Assembly (NCBI GenBank): GCA_964016885.1
Contig: OZ024760.1
Coordinates: forward strand, 17,546,001 to 17,610,000
Origin: Eledone cirrhosa
Taxonomy: Eukaryota
Reading direction: 5' to 3'
Length of the DNA: 64,000 nucleotides
The notes under the pieces were generated by a model. It was not told where the DNA came from. It saw nothing but the letters and a program-made list of their open reading frames with translations, and made no database searches. Below are positions 36,601 through 51,600 of the stretch, piece after piece (within the stretch, counting starts at the first letter, position 1; the number at the start of each line of letters is the position of its first letter). Both the position numbers and the translations under genes were made by a program.

Positions 36601-39600
36601 ATAATTTCCAGCCGTCCAAGTTTAGATAATATCCAGCCGTCCAAGGAGACATATTTTCCAGCCGTCCAAGGAGAGGTAATTTCTAGCCGTCCAAAGGGAG
36701 ATAAATTCCAGCCTCCAAGGGGAGATAATTTCCAGCCAGCCAAGGAGAGATAATTTGTAAAAAGATCAGGGGGAGATAATTTGTAAAAAAAATCAGGGGG
36801 AGATAATTTGTAAAAAAAAATCAGGGGGAGATAATTTGTAAAAAAAAATCAGGGGGAGATAATTTGTAAAAAAAAATCAGGGGGAGATAATTTGTAAAAA
36901 AACTCAAGGGGAGATAATTTCCAGCCGTCCAAGGGGAGATAATTTTCAGCCGTCCAAGGGGAGATAATTTCCCGCCAGCCAAGGGAAGATAATATTTAAA
37001 AAAATCAGGGGGAGATAATTCGTAAAAAAATCAGGGGGAGATAATTTGTAAAAAAAAATCAGGGGTAGATAATTTGTAAAAAAAAATAAGGGGGAGATAA
37101 TTTGTAAAAAAAAATCAGGGGGAGATAATTTGTAAAAAAAATCAAGGGGAGATAATTTGTAAAAAAAATCAAGGGGAGATAATTTCCAGCCGTCCAAGGG
37201 GAGATAATTTTCAGCCGTCCAAGGAGAGGTAATTTCAAGCCGTCCAAGGGGAGATAATTTCCAGCCGTCCAAGGGGAGATAATTTCCAGCCGTCCAAGGG
37301 GAGATAATTTTTTAAAAAAAATCAGGTGGAGATAATTTGTAAAAAAAATCAGGGGGAGATAATTTGTAAAAAAAAAATCAGGGGGAGATAATTTGTAAAA
37401 AAAATCAGGGGGAGATAATTTGTAAAAAAAAATCAGGGGGAGATAATTTGTAAAAAAAATCAAGGGGAGATAATTTCCAGCGGTCCAAGGGGAGATAATT
37501 TTCAGCCGTCCAAGGGGAGATAATTTCCCGCCAGCCAAGGGAAGATAATATTTAAAAAAATCAGGATGATAATTTGTAAAAAAAATCAGGGGGAGATAAT
37601 TTGTAAAAAAATCAGGGGGAGATAATTTGTAAAAAAAAATCAGGGGTAGATAATTTGTAAAAAAAAATCAGGGGGAGATAATTTGTAAAAAAAAATCAGG
37701 GGGAGATAATTTGTAAAAAAAATCAAGGGGAGATAATTTCCAGCCGTCCAAGGGGAGATAATTTTCAGCCGTCCAAGGAGAGGTAATTTCAAGCCGTCCA
37801 AGGGGAGATAATTTCCAGCCGTCCAAGGGGAGATAATTTCCAGCCGTCCAAGGGGAGATAATTTCCAGCCGTCCAAGGGTAGATAAAATCCAGCCGTCCA
37901 AGGAGACATATTTGCCAGCCGTCCAAGGAGAGGTAATTTCTAGCCGTCCAAAGGGAGATAAATTCCAGCCTCCAAGGGGAGATAATTTCCAGCCAGCCAA
38001 GGGGAGATAATTTGTAAAAAAATCAGGGGGAGATAATTTGTAAAAAAAATCAGGGGGAGATAATTTGTAAAAAAAAATCAGGGGGTTATAATTTGTAAAA
38101 AAAAATCAGGGGGAGATAATTTGTAAAAAAAATCAGGGGGAGATAATTTGTAAAAAAAAATCAAGGGGAGATAATTTCCAGCCGTCCAAGGGGAGATAAT
38201 TTTCAGCCGTCCAAGGGGAGATAATTTCCCGCCAACCAAGGGAAGATAATATTTAAAAAAATCAGGGGGAGATAATTTGTAAAAAAAATCAAGGGGAGAT
38301 AATTTGTAAAAAAAATCAAGGGGAGATAATTTCCAGCCGTCCAAGGGGAGATAATTTTCAGTCGTCCAAGGAGAGGTAATTTCAAGCCGTCCAAGGGGAG
38401 ATAATTTCCAGCCGTGCAAGGGGAGATAATTTCCAGCCGTCCAAGGGAAGATAATTTTTTTAAAAAAATCAGTCGGAGATAATTTGTAAAAAAAATCAGG
38501 GGGAGATAATTTGTAAAAAAAAATCAGGGGGAGATAATTTGTAAAAAAAAATCAGGGGGAGATAATTTGTAAAAAAAAATCAGGGGGAGATAATCTGTAA
38601 AAAAAATCAAGGGGTGATAATTTCCAGCCGTCCAAGGGGAGATAATTTTCAGCCGTCCAAGGGGAGATAATTTCCCGCCAGCCAAGGGGAGATAATATTT
38701 AAAAAAATCAGGCGGAGATAATTTGTAAAAAAAATCAGGGGGAGATAATTTGTAAAAAAATCAGGGGGAGATAATTTGTAAAAAAAAATCAGGGGTAGAT
38801 AATTTGTAAAAAAAAATCAGGGGAGATAATTTGTAAAAAAAAATCAGGGGGAGATAATTTGTCAAAAAAATCAAGGGGAGATAATTTGTAAAAAAAATCA
38901 AGGGGAGATAATTTCCAGCCGTCCAAGGGAAGATAATTTTTAAAAAAATCAGGCGGAGATTGTAAAAAAAATCAGGGGGAGGTAATTTGTAAAAAAAATC
39001 AGGGGGAGATAATTTGTAAAAAAAATCAGGGGTAGATAATTTGTAAAAAAAATCAGGGGGAGATAATTTGTAAAAAAAAATCAGGGGGAGATAATTTGTA
39101 AAAAAAAAATCAGGGGTAGATAATTTGTAAAAAAAAATCAGGGTGAGATAATTTGTAAAAAAAAATCAGGGGGAGATAATTTGTAAAAAAAATCAAGGGG
39201 AGATAATTTGTAAAAAAAATCAAGGGGAGATAATTTCCAGCCGTCCAAGGGGAGATAATTTTCAGCCGTCCAAGGAGAGGTAATTTCAAGCCGTCCAAGG
39301 GGAGATAATTTCCAGCCGTCCAAGGGGAGATAATTTCCAGCCGTCCAAGGGTAGATAATTTCCAGCCGTCCAAGGGTAGATAAAATCCAGCCGTCCAAGG
39401 AGACATATTTGCCAGCCGTCCAAGGAGAGGTAATTTCTAGCCGTCCAAAGGGAGATAAATTCTAGCCTCCAAGGGGAGATAATTTCCAGCCAGCCAAGGG
39501 GAGATAATTTGTAAAAAAATAAGGGGGAGATAATTTGTAAAAAAAATCAGGGGAGATAATTTGTAAAAAAAAATCAGGGGGAGATAATTTGTAAAAAAAA

Positions 39601-42600
39601 ATCAGGGGGAGATAATTTGTAAAAAAAATCAAGGGGAGATAATTTCCAGCCGTCCAAGGGGAGATAATTTTCAGCCGTCCAAGGGGAGATAATTTCCCGC
39701 CAGCCAAGGGAAGATAATATTTAAAAAAATCAGGGGGAGATAATTTGTAAAAAAAATCAAGGGGAGATAATTTGTAAAAAAAATCAAGGGGAGATAATTT
39801 CCAGCCGTCCAAGGGGAGATAATTTTCAGCCGTCCAAGGAGAGGTAATTTCAAGCCGTCCAAGGGGAGATAATTTCCAGCCGTCCAAGGGGAGATAATTT
39901 CCAGCCGTCCAAGGTGAGATAATTTTTTAAAAATCAGTCGGAGATAATTTGTAAAAAAAATCAGGGGGAGATAATTTGTAAAAAAAAATCAGGGGGAGAT
40001 AATTTGTAAAAAAAAATCAGGGGGAGATAATTTGTAAAAAAAAATCAGGGGGAGATAATTTGTAAAAAAAATCAAGGGGAGATAATTTCCAGCCGTCCAA
40101 GGGGAGATAATTTTCAGCCGTCCAAGGGGAGATAATTTCCCGCCAGCCAAGGGGAGATAATATTAAAAAAAATCAGGCGTAGATAATTTGTAAAAAAAAA
40201 TCAGGGGGAGATAATTTGTAAAAAAATCAGGGGGAGATAATTTGTAAAAAAAAATCAGGGGTAGATAATTTGTAAAAAAAAATCAGGGGAGATAATTTGT
40301 AAAAAAAAATCAGGGGGAGATAATTTGTAAAAAAAATCAAGGGTAGATAATTTGTAAAAAAAATCAAGTGGAGATAATTTCCAGCCGTCCAAGGGGAGAT
40401 AATTTTCAGCCGTCCAAGGAGAGGTAATTTCCAGCCGTCCAAGGCTAGATAATATCCAGCCGTCCAAGGAGACATATTTGCCAGCCGTCCAAGGAGAGGT
40501 AATTTCCAGCCGTCCAAAGGGAGATAAATTCCAGCCTCCAAGGGGAGATAATTTCCAGCCAGCCAAGGGGAGATAATTTGTAAAAAAATCAGGGGGAGAT
40601 AATTTGTAAAAAAAATCAGGGGGAGATAATTTGTAAAAAAAAATCAGGGGGAGATAATTTGTAAAAAAAAATCAGGGGGAGATAATTTGTAAAAAAAATC
40701 AAGGGGAGATAATTTCCACCCGTCCAAGGGGAGATAATTTTCAGCCGTCCAAGGGGAGATAATTTCCCACCAGCCAAGGGAAGATAATATTTAAAAAAAT
40801 CAGGCGGAGATAATTTGTAAAAAAAATCAGGGGGAGATAATTTGTAAAAAAATCAGGGGAGATAATTTCCAGCCGTCCAAGGGGAGGTAATATCTAGCCG
40901 TCCAAGGGGAGATAATTTCCAGCCGTGCAAGGGGAGATAATTTCCAGCCGTCCAAGTTTAGATAATATCCAGCCGTCCAAGGAGACATATTTTCCAGCCG
41001 TCCAAGGAGAGGTAATTTCTAGCCGTCCAAAGGGAGATAAATTCCAGCCTCCAAGGGGAGATAATTTCCAGCCAGCCAAGGGGAGATAATTTGTAAAAAG
41101 ATCAGGGGGAGATAATTTGTAAAAAAAATCAGGGGGAGATAATTTGTAAAAAAAAATCAGGGGGAGATAATTTGTAAAAAAAAATCAGGGGGAGATAATT
41201 TGTAAAAAAAAATCAGGGGGAGATAATTTGTAAAAAAACTCAAGGGGAGATAATTTCCAGCCGTCCAAGGGGAGATAATTTTCAGCCGTTCAAGGGGAGA
41301 TAATTTCCCGCCAGCCAAGGGAAGATAATATTTAAAAAAATCAGGCGGAGATAATTTGTAAAAAAAATCAGGGGGAGATAATTTGTAAAAAAAATCAGGG
41401 GGAGATAATTTGTAAAAAAAAATCAGGGGTAGATAATTTGTAAAAAAAAATAAGGGGGAGATAATTTGTAAAAAAAAATCAGGGGGAGATAATTTGTAAA
41501 AAAAATCAAGGGGAGATAATTTGTAAAAAAAATCAAGGGGAGATAATTTCCAGCCGTCCAAGGGGAGATAATTTTCAGCCGTCCAAGGAGAGGTAATTTC
41601 AAGCCGTCCAAGGGGAGATAATTTCCAGCCGTCCAAGGGGAGATAATTTCCAGCCGTCCAAGGGGAGATAATTTTTTTTAAAAAATCAGGCGGAGATAAT
41701 TTGTAAAAAAAATCAGGGGGAGATAATTTGTAAAAAAAATCAGGGGGAGATAATTTGTAAAAAAAATCAGGGGGAGATAATTTGTAAAAAAAATCAAGGG
41801 GAGATAATTTCCAGCCGTCCAAGGGGAGATAATTTTCAGCCGTCCAAGGGGAGATAATTTCCCGCCAGCCAAGGGAAGATAATATTAAAAAAAATCAGGA
41901 TGATAATTTGTAAAAAAAATCAGGGGGAGATAATTTGTAAAAAAATCAGGGGGAGATAATTTGTAAAAAAAATCAGGGGTAGATAATTTGTAAAAAAAAA
42001 TCAAGGGGAGATAATTTGTAAAATAAAATCAGGGGGAGATAATTTGTAAAAAAAATCAAGGGGAGATAATTTGTAAAAAAAATCAAGGGGAGATAATTTC
42101 CAGCCGTCCAAGGGGAGATAATTTTCAGCCGTCCAAGGAGAGGTAATTTCAAGCCGTCCAAGGGGAGATAATTTCCAGCCGTCCAAGGGGAGATAATTTC
42201 CAGCCGTCCAAGGGAGATAATTTCCAGCCGTCCAAGGGTAGATAAAATCCAGCCGTCCAAGGAGACATATTTGCCAGCCGTCCAAGGAGAGGTAATTTCT
42301 AGCCGTCCAAAGGGAGATAAATTCCAGCCTCCAAGGGGAGATAATTTCCAGCCAGCCAAGGGGAGATAATTTGTAAAAAAATCAGGGGGAGATAATTTGT
42401 AAAAAAAATCAGGGGGAGATAATTTGTAAAAAAAAATCAGGGGGAGATAATTTGTAAAAAAAAATCAGGGGGAGATAATTTGTAAAAAAAAATCAGGGGG
42501 AGATAATTTGTAAAAAATATCAAGGGGAGATAATTTCCAGCCGTCCAAGGGGAGATAATTTTCAGCCGTCCAAGGGGAGATAATTTCCCGCCAGCCAAGG

Positions 42601-45600
42601 GAAGATAATATTTAAAAAAATCAGGGGGAGATAATTTGTAAAAAAAATCAAGGGGAGATAATTTGTAAAAAAAATCAAGGGGAGATAATTTCCAGCCGTC
42701 CAAGGGGAGATAATTTTCAGCCGTCCAAGGAGAGGTAATTTCAAGCCGTCCAAGGGGAGATAATTTCCAGCCGTCCAAGGGGAGATAATTTCCAGCCGTC
42801 CAAGGGGAGATAATTTTTTTTAAAAAATCAGTCGGAGATAATTTGTAAAAAAAATCAGGGGGAGATAATTTGTAAAAAAAAATCAGGGGGAGATAATTTG
42901 TAAAAAAAAATCAGGGGGAGATAATTTGTAAAAAAAAATCAGGGGGAGATAATTTGTAAAAAAAATCAAGGGGAGATAATTTCCAGCCGTCCAAGGAGAG
43001 ATAATTTTCAGCCGTCCAAGGGGAGATAATTTCCCGCCAGCCAAGGGGAGATAATATTTAAAAAAATCAGGCGGAGATAATTTGTAAAAAAAATCAGGGG
43101 GAGATAATTTGTAAAAAAATCAGGGGGAGATAATTTGTAAAAAAAAATCAGGGGTAGATAATTTGTAAAAAAAAATCAGGGGAGATAATTTGTAAAAAAA
43201 AATCAGGGGGAGATAATTTGTAAAAAAAATCAAGGGGAGATAATTTGTAAAAAAAATCAAGGGGAGGTAATTTCCAGCCGTCCAAGGGGAGATAATTTTC
43301 AGCCGTCCAAGGAGAGGTAATTTCAAGCCGTCCAAGGGGAGATAATTTCCAGCCGTCCAAGGGGAGATAATTTCCAGCCGTCCAAGGGGAGATAATTTCC
43401 AGCCGTCCAAGGGTAGATAATATCCAGCCGTCCAAGGAGACATATTTGCCAGCCGTCCAAGGAGAGGTAATTTCTAGCCGTCCAAAGGGAGATAAATTCC
43501 AGCCTCCAAGGGGAGATAATTTCCAGCCAGCCAAGGGGAGATAATTTGTAAAAAAATCAGGGGGAGATAATTTGTAAAAAAAATCAGGGGGAGATAATTT
43601 GTAAAAAAAAATCAGGGGGAGATAATTTGTAAAAAAAATCAGGGGGAGATAATTTGTAAAAAAAATCAAGGGGAGATAATTTCCACCCGTCCAAGGGGAG
43701 ATAATTTTCAGCCGTCCAAGGGGAGATAATTTCCCGCCAGCCAAGGGAAGATAATATTTAAAAAAATCAGGCGGAGATAATTTGTAAAAAAAATCAGGGG
43801 GAGATAATTTGTAAAAAAATCAGGGGAGATAATTTGTAAAAAAAAATCAGGGGTAGATAATTTGTAAAAAAAAATCAGGGGGAGATAATTTGTAAAAAAA
43901 AATCAGGGGGAGATAATTTGTCAAAAAAATCAAGGGGAGATAATTTGTAAAAAAAATCAAGGGGAGATAATTTCCAGCCGTCCAAGGGAAGATAATTTAA
44001 AAAAAAATCAGGCGGAGATTGTAAAAAAAATCAGGGGGAGGTAATTTGTAAAAAAAATCAGGGGGAGATAATTTGTAAAAAAAATCAGGGGTAGATAATT
44101 TGTAAAAAAAATCAGGGGGAGATAATTTGTAAAAAAAAATCAGGGGGAGATAATTTGTAAAAAAAATCAAGGGGAGATAATTTGCAGCCGTCCAAGGGGA
44201 GATAATTTTCAGCCGTCCAAGGAGAGGTAATTTCTAGCCGTCCAAGGGGAGATAATTTCCAGCCGTCCAAGGGGAGATAATTTCCAGCCGTCCAAGGGAA
44301 GATAATTTTTTTAAAAAAATCAGGCGGAGATAATTTGTAAAAAAAAAATCAGGGGGAGATAATTTGTAAAAAAAAATCAGGGGGAGATAATTTGTAAAAA
44401 AAAATCAGGGGGAGATAATTTGTAAAAAAAATCAAGGGGAGAAAATTTCCAGCCGTTCAAGGGTAGATAATATCCAGCCGTCCAAGGAGACATATTTTCC
44501 AGCCGTCCAAGGAGAGGTAATTTCTAGCCGTCCAAAGGGAGATAATTTCCAGCCGTCCAAGGGGAGATAATTTCCAGCCGTCCAAGGGTAGATAATATCC
44601 AGCCGTCCAAGGAGACATATTTTCCAGCCTTCCAAGGAGAGGTAATTTCTAGCCGTCCAAAGGGAGATAAATTCCAGCCTCCAAGGGGAGATAATTTCCA
44701 GCCAGCCAAGGGGAGATAATTTGTAAAAAAATCAGGGGGAGATAATTTGTAAAAAAAAATCAGGGGTAGATAATTTGTAAAAAAAAATCAGAGGTAGATA
44801 ATTTGTAAAAAAAAATCAGGGGGAGATAATTTGTAAAAAAAATCAAGGGGAGATAATTTGTAAAAAAATCAAGGGGAGATAATTTCCAGCCGTCCAAGGG
44901 GAGATAATTTTCAGCCGTCCAAGGAGAGGTAATTTCAAGCCGTCCAAGGGGAGATAATTTCCAGCCGTCCAAGGGGAGATAATTTCCAGCCGTCCAAGGG
45001 GAGATAATTTCCAGCCGTCCAAGGGTAGATAAAATCCAGCCGTCCAAGGAGACATATTTGCCAGCCGTCCAAGGAGAGGTAATTTCTAGCCGTCCAAAGG
45101 GAGATAAATTCCAGCCTCCAAGGGGAGATAATTTCCAGCCAGCCAAGGGGAGATAATTTGTAAAAAAATCAGGGGGAGATAATTTGTAAAAAAAATCAGG
45201 GGGAGATAATTTGTAAAAAAAAATCAGGGGGAGATAATTTGTAAAAAAAAGTCAGGGGGAGATAATTTGTAAAAAAAAATCAGGGGGAGATAATTTGTAA
45301 AAAAAATCAAGGGGAGATAATTTGTAAAAAAAATCAAGGGGAGATAATTTCCAGCCGTCCAAGGGGAGATAATTTTCAGCCGTCCAAGGAGAGGTAATTT
45401 CAAGCCGTCCAAGGGGAGATAATTTCCAGCCGTCCAAGGGGAGATAATTTCCAGCCGTCCAAGGGGAGATAATTTTTTAAAAAAAATCAGTCGGAGATAA
45501 TTTGTAAAAAAAATCAGGGGGAGATAATTTGTAAAAAAAAATCAGGGGGAGATAATTTGTAAAAAAAAATCAGGGGGAGATAATTTGTAAAAAAAAATCA

Positions 45601-48600
45601 GGGGGAGATAATTTGTAAAAAAAATCAAGGGGAGATAATTTCCAGCCGTCCAAGGGGAGATAATTTTCAGCCGTCCAAGGGGAGATAATTTCCCGCCAGC
45701 CAAGGGGAGATAATATTTAAAAAAATCAGGCGGAGATAATTTGTAAAAAAAATCAGGGGGAGATAATTTGTAAAAAAATCAGGGGAGATAATTTCCAGCC
45801 GTCCAAGGGGAGGTAATATCTAGCCGTCCAAGGGGAGATAATTTCCAGCCGTGCAAGGGGAGATAATTTCCAGCCGTCCAAGTTTAGATAATATCCAGCC
45901 GTCCAAGGAGACATATTTTCCAGCCGTCCAAGGAGAGGTAATTTCTAGCCGTCCAAAGGGAGATAAATTCCAGCCTCCAAGGGGAGATAATTTCCAGCCA
46001 GCCAATGGGAGATAATTTGTAAAAAAATCAGGGGGAGATAATTTGTAAAAAAAATCAGGGGGAGATAATTTGTAAAAAAAAATCAGGGGGAGATAATTTG
46101 TAAAAAAAAATCAGGGGGAGATAATTTGTAAAAAAAAATCAGCGGGAGATAATTTGTAAAAAATATCAAGGGGAGATAATTTCCAGCCGTCCAAGGGGAG
46201 ATAATTTTCAGCCGTCCAAGGGGAGATAATTTCCCGCCAGCCAAGGGAAGATAATATTTAAAAAAATCAGGGGTAGATAATTTGTAAAAAAATCAAGGGG
46301 AGATAATTTGTAAAAAAAATCAAGGGGAGATAATTTCCAGCCGTCCAAGGGGAGATAATTTTCAGCCGTTCAAGGGGAGATAATTTCCCGCCAGCCAAGG
46401 GAAGATAATATTTAAAAAAATCAGGGGGAGATAATTTGTAAAAAAAATCAAGGGGAGATAATTTGTAAAAAAAATCAAGGGGAGATAATTTCCAGCCGTT
46501 CAAGGGGAGATAATTTCCAGCCGTCCAAGGGGAGATAATTTTTTAAAAAAAATCAGTCGGAGATAATTTGTAAAAAAAATCAGGGGGAGATAATTTGTAA
46601 AAAAAAATCAGGGGGAGATAATTTGTAAAAAAAAATCAGGGGGAGATAATTTGTAAAAAAAAATCAGGGAGAGATAATTTGTAAAAAAAATCAAGGGGAG
46701 ATAATTTCCAGCCGTCCAAGGGGAGATAATTTTCAGCCGTCCAAGGGGAGATAATTTCCCGCCAGCCAAGGGGAGATAATATTTAAAAAAATCAGGCGGA
46801 GATAATTTGTAAAAAAATCAGGGGGAGATAATTTGTAAAAAAAATCAGGGGTAGATAATTTGTAAAAAAAAATCAGGGGAGATAATTTGTAAAAAAAAAT
46901 CAGGGGGAGATAATTTGTAAAAAAAATCAAGGGGAGATAATTTGTAAAAAAAATCAAGGGGAGATAATTTCCAGCCGTCCAAGGGGAGATAATTTTCAGC
47001 CGTCCAAGGAGAGGTAATTTCAAGCCGTCCAAGGGGAGATAATTTCCAGCCGTCCAAGGGGAGATAATTTCCAGCCGTCCAAGGGGAGATAATTTCCAGC
47101 CGTCCAAGTGTAGATAATATCCAGCCGTCCAAGGAGACATATTTGCCAGCCGTCCAAGGAGAGTTAATTTCTAGCCGTCCAAAGGGAGATAAATTCCAGC
47201 CTCCAAGGGGAGATAATTTCCAGCCAGCCAAGGGGAGATAATTTGTAAAAAAATCAGGGGGAGATAATTTGTAAAAAAAAATCAGGGGGAGATAATTTGT
47301 AAAAAAAATCAAGGGGAGATAATTTCCAGCCGTCCAAGGGGAGATAATTTTCAGCCGTCCAAGGGGAGATAATTTCCCGCCAGCCAAGGGAAGATAATAT
47401 TTAAAAAAATCAGGGGGAGATAATTTGTAAAAAAAATCAAGGGGAGATAATTTGTAAAAAAAATCAAGGGGAGATAATTTCCAGCCGTCCAAGGGGAGAT
47501 AATTTTCAGCCGTCCAAGGAGAGGTAATTTCAAGCCGTCCAAGGGGAGATAATTTCCAGCCGTCCAAGGGGAGATAATTTCCAGCCGTCCAAGGGGAGAT
47601 AATTTTTTTAAAAAAATCAGTCGGAGATAATTTGTAAAAAAAATCAGGGGGAGATAATTTGTAAAAAAAAATCAGGGGGAGATAATTTGTAAAAAAAAAT
47701 CAGGGGGAGATAATTTGTAAAAAAAAATCAGGGGGAGATAATTTGTAAAAAAAATCAAGGGGAGATAATTTCCAGCCGTCCAAGGGGAGATAATTTTCAG
47801 CCGTCCAAGGGGAGATAATTTCCCGCCAGCCAAGGGGAGATAATATTTAAAAAAATCAGGCGGAGATAATTTGTAAAAAAAATCAGGGGGAGATAATTTG
47901 TAAAAAAATCAGGGGGAGATAATTTGTAAAAAAAAATCAGGGGTAGATAATTTGTAAAAAAAAAATCAGGGGAGATAATTTGTAAAAAAAAATCAGGGGG
48001 AGATAATTTGTAAAAAAAATCAAGGGGAGATAATTTGTAAAAAAAATCAAGGGGAGATAATTTTCAGCCGTCCAAGGAGAGGTAATTTCCAGCCGTCCAA
48101 GGGTAGATAATATCCAGCCGTCCAAGGAGACATATTTGCCAGCCGTCCAAGGAGAGGTAATTTCTAGCCGTCCAAAGGGAGATAAATTCCAGCCTCCAAG
48201 GGGAGATAATTTCCAGCCAGCCAAGGGGAGATAATTTGTAAAAAAATCAGGGGGAGATAATTTGTAAAAAAAATCAGGGGGAGATAATTTGTAAAAAAAA
48301 ATCAGGGGGAGATAATTTGTAAAAAAAAATCAGGGGGAGATAATTTGTAAAAAAAAATCAGGGGGAGATAATTTGTAAAAAAAATCAAGGGGAGATAATT
48401 TCCACCCGTCCAAGGGGAGATAATTTTCAGCCGTCCAAGGGGAGATAATTTCCCGCCAGCCAAGGGAAGATAATATTTAAAAAAATCAGGCGGAGATAAT
48501 TTGTAAAAAAAATCAGGGGGAGATAATTTGTAAAAAAATCAGGGGAGATAATTTCCAGCCGTCCAAGGGGAGGTAATATCTAGCCGTCCAAGGGGAGATA

Positions 48601-51600
48601 ATTTCCAGCCGTCCAAGTTTAGATAATATCCAGCCGTCCAAGGAGACATATTTTCCAGCCGTCCAAGGAGAGGTAATTTCTAGCCGTCCAAAGGGAGATA
48701 AATTCCAGCCTCCAAGGGGAGATAATTTCCAGCCAGCCAAGGAGAGATAATTTGTAAAAAGATCAGGGGGAGATAATTTGTAAAAAAAATCAGGGGGAGA
48801 TAATTTGTAAAAAAAAATCAGGGGGAGATAATTTGTAAAAAAAAATCAGGGGGAGATAATTTGTAAAAAAAAATCAGGGGGAGATAATTTGTAAAAAAAA
48901 CTCAAGGGGAGATAATTTCCAGCCGTCCAAGGGGAGATAATTTTCAGCCGTCCAAGGGGAGATAATTTCCCGCCAGCCAAGGGAAGATAATATTTAAAAA
49001 AATCAGGGGGAGATAATTTGTAAAAAAATCAGGGGGAGATAATTTGTAAAAAAAAATCAGGGGTAGATAATTTGTAAAAAAAAATAAGGGGGAGATAATT
49101 TGTAGAAAAAAATCAGGGGGAGATAATTTGTAAAAAAAATCAAGGGGAGATAATTTGTAAAAAAAATCAAGGGGAGATAATTTCCAGCCGTCCAAGGGGA
49201 GATAATTTTCAGCCGTCCAAGGAGAGGTAATTTCAAGCCGTCCAAGGGGAGATAATTTCCAGCCGTCCAAGGGGAGATAATTTCCAGCCGTCCAAGGGGA
49301 GATAATTTTTTAAAAAAAATCAGGCGGAGATAATTTGTAAAAAAAATCAGGGGGAGATAATTTGTAAAAAAAAAATCAGGGGGAGATAATTTGTAAAAAA
49401 AATCAGGGGGAGATAATTTGTAAAAAAAAATCAGGGGGAGATAATTTGTAAAAAAAATCAAGGGGAGATAATTTCCAGCGGTCCAAGGGGAGATAATTTT
49501 CAGCCGTCCAAGGAGAGGTAATTTGAAGCCGTCCAAGGGGAGATAATTTCCAGCCGTCCAAGGGGAGATAATTTCCAGCCGTCCAAGGGTAGATAATTTC
49601 CAGCCGTCCAAGGGTAGATAAAATCCAGCCGTCCAAGGAGACATATTTGCCAGCCGTCCAAGGAGAGGTAATTTCTAGCCGTCCAAAGGGAGATAAATTC
49701 TAGCCTCCAAGGGGAGATAATTTCCAGCCAGCCAAGGGGAGATAATTTGTAAAAAAATCAGGGGGAGATAATTTGTAAAAAAAATCAGGGGAGATAATTT
49801 GTAAAAAAAAATCAGGGGGAGATAATTTGTAAAAAAAAATCAGGGGGAGATAATTTGTAAAAAAAATCAAGGGGAGATAATTTCCAGCCGTCCAAGGGGA
49901 GATAATTTTCAGCCGTCCAAGGGGAGATAATTTCCCGCCAGCCAAGGGAAGATAATATTTAAAAAAATCAGGGGGAGATAATTTGTAAAAAAAATCAAGG
50001 GGAGATAATTTGTAAAAAAAATCAAGGGGAGATAATTTCCAGCCGTCCAAGGGGAGATAATTTTCAGCCGTCCAAGGAGAGGTAATTTCAAGCCGTCCAA
50101 GGGGAGATAATTTCCAGCCGTCCAAGGGGAGATAATTTCCAGCCGTCCAAGGTGAGATAATTTTTTAAAAATCAGTCGGAGATAATTTGTAAAAAAAATC
50201 AGGGGGAGATAATTTGTAAAAAAAAATCAGGGGGAGATAATTTGTAAAAAAAAATCAGGAGGAGATAATTTGTAAAAAAAAATCAGGGGGAGATAATTTG
50301 TAAAAAAAATCAAGGGGAGATAATTTCCAGCCGTCCAAGGGGAGATAATTTTCAGCCGTCCAAGGGGAGATAATTTCCCGCCAGCCAAGGGGAGATAATA
50401 TTTAAAAAAATCAGGCGTAGATAATTTGTAAAAAAAAATCAGGGGGAGATAATTTGTAAAAAAATCAGGGGGAGATAATTTGTAAAAAAAAATCAGGGGT
50501 AGATAATTTGTAAAAAAAAATCAGGGGAGATAATTTGTAAAAAAAAATCAGGGGGAGATAATTTGTAAAAAAAATCAAGGGTAGATAATTTCCACCCGTC
50601 CAAGGGGAGATAATTTTCAGCCGTCCAAGGGGAGATAATTTCCCGCCAGCCAAGGGAAGATAAAATTTAAAAAAATCAGGCGGAGATAATTTGTAAAAAA
50701 AATCAGGGGGAGATAATTTGTAAAAAAATCAGGGGAGATAATTTGTAAAAAAAAATCAGGGGTAGATAATTTGTAAAAAAAAATCAGGGGGAGATAATTT
50801 GTAAAAAAAAATCAGGGGGAGATAATTTGTCAAAAAAATCAAGGGGAGATAATTTGTAAAAAAAATCAAGGGGAGATAATTTCCAGCCGTCCAAGGGAAG
50901 ATAATTTTTAAAAAAATCAGGCGGAGATTGTAAAAAAAATCAGGGGGAGGTAATTTGTAAAAAAAATCAGGGGGAGATAATTTGTAAAAAAAATCAGGGG
51001 TAGATAATTTGTAAAAAAAATCAGGGGGAGATAATTTGTAAAAAAAAATCAGGGGGAGATAATTTGTAAAAAAAAAATCAGGGGTAGATAATTTGTAAAA
51101 AAAAATCAGGGGGAGATAATTTGTAAAAAAAAATCAGGGGGAGATAATTTGTAAAAAAAATCAAGGGGAGATAATTTGTAAAAAAAATCAAGGGGAGATA
51201 ATTTCCAGCCGTCCAAGGGGAGATAATTTTCAGCCGTCCAAGGAGAGGTAATTTCAAGCCGTCCAAGGGGAGATAATTTCCAGCCGTCCAAGGGGAGATA
51301 ATTTCCAGCCGTCCAAGGGTAGATAATTTCCAGCCGTCCAAGGAGACATATTTGCCAGCCGTCCAAGGAGAGGTAATTTCTAGCCGTCCAAAGGGAGATA
51401 AATTCTAGCCTCCAAGGGGAGATAATTTCCAGCCAGCCAAGGGGAGATAATTTGTAAAAAAATCAGGGGGAGATAATTTGTAAAAAAAATCAGGGGAGAT
51501 AATTTGTAAAAAAAAATCAGGGGGAGATAATTTGTAAAAAAAAATCAGGGGGAGATAATTTGTAAAAAAAATCAAGGGGAGATAATTTCCAGCCGTCCAA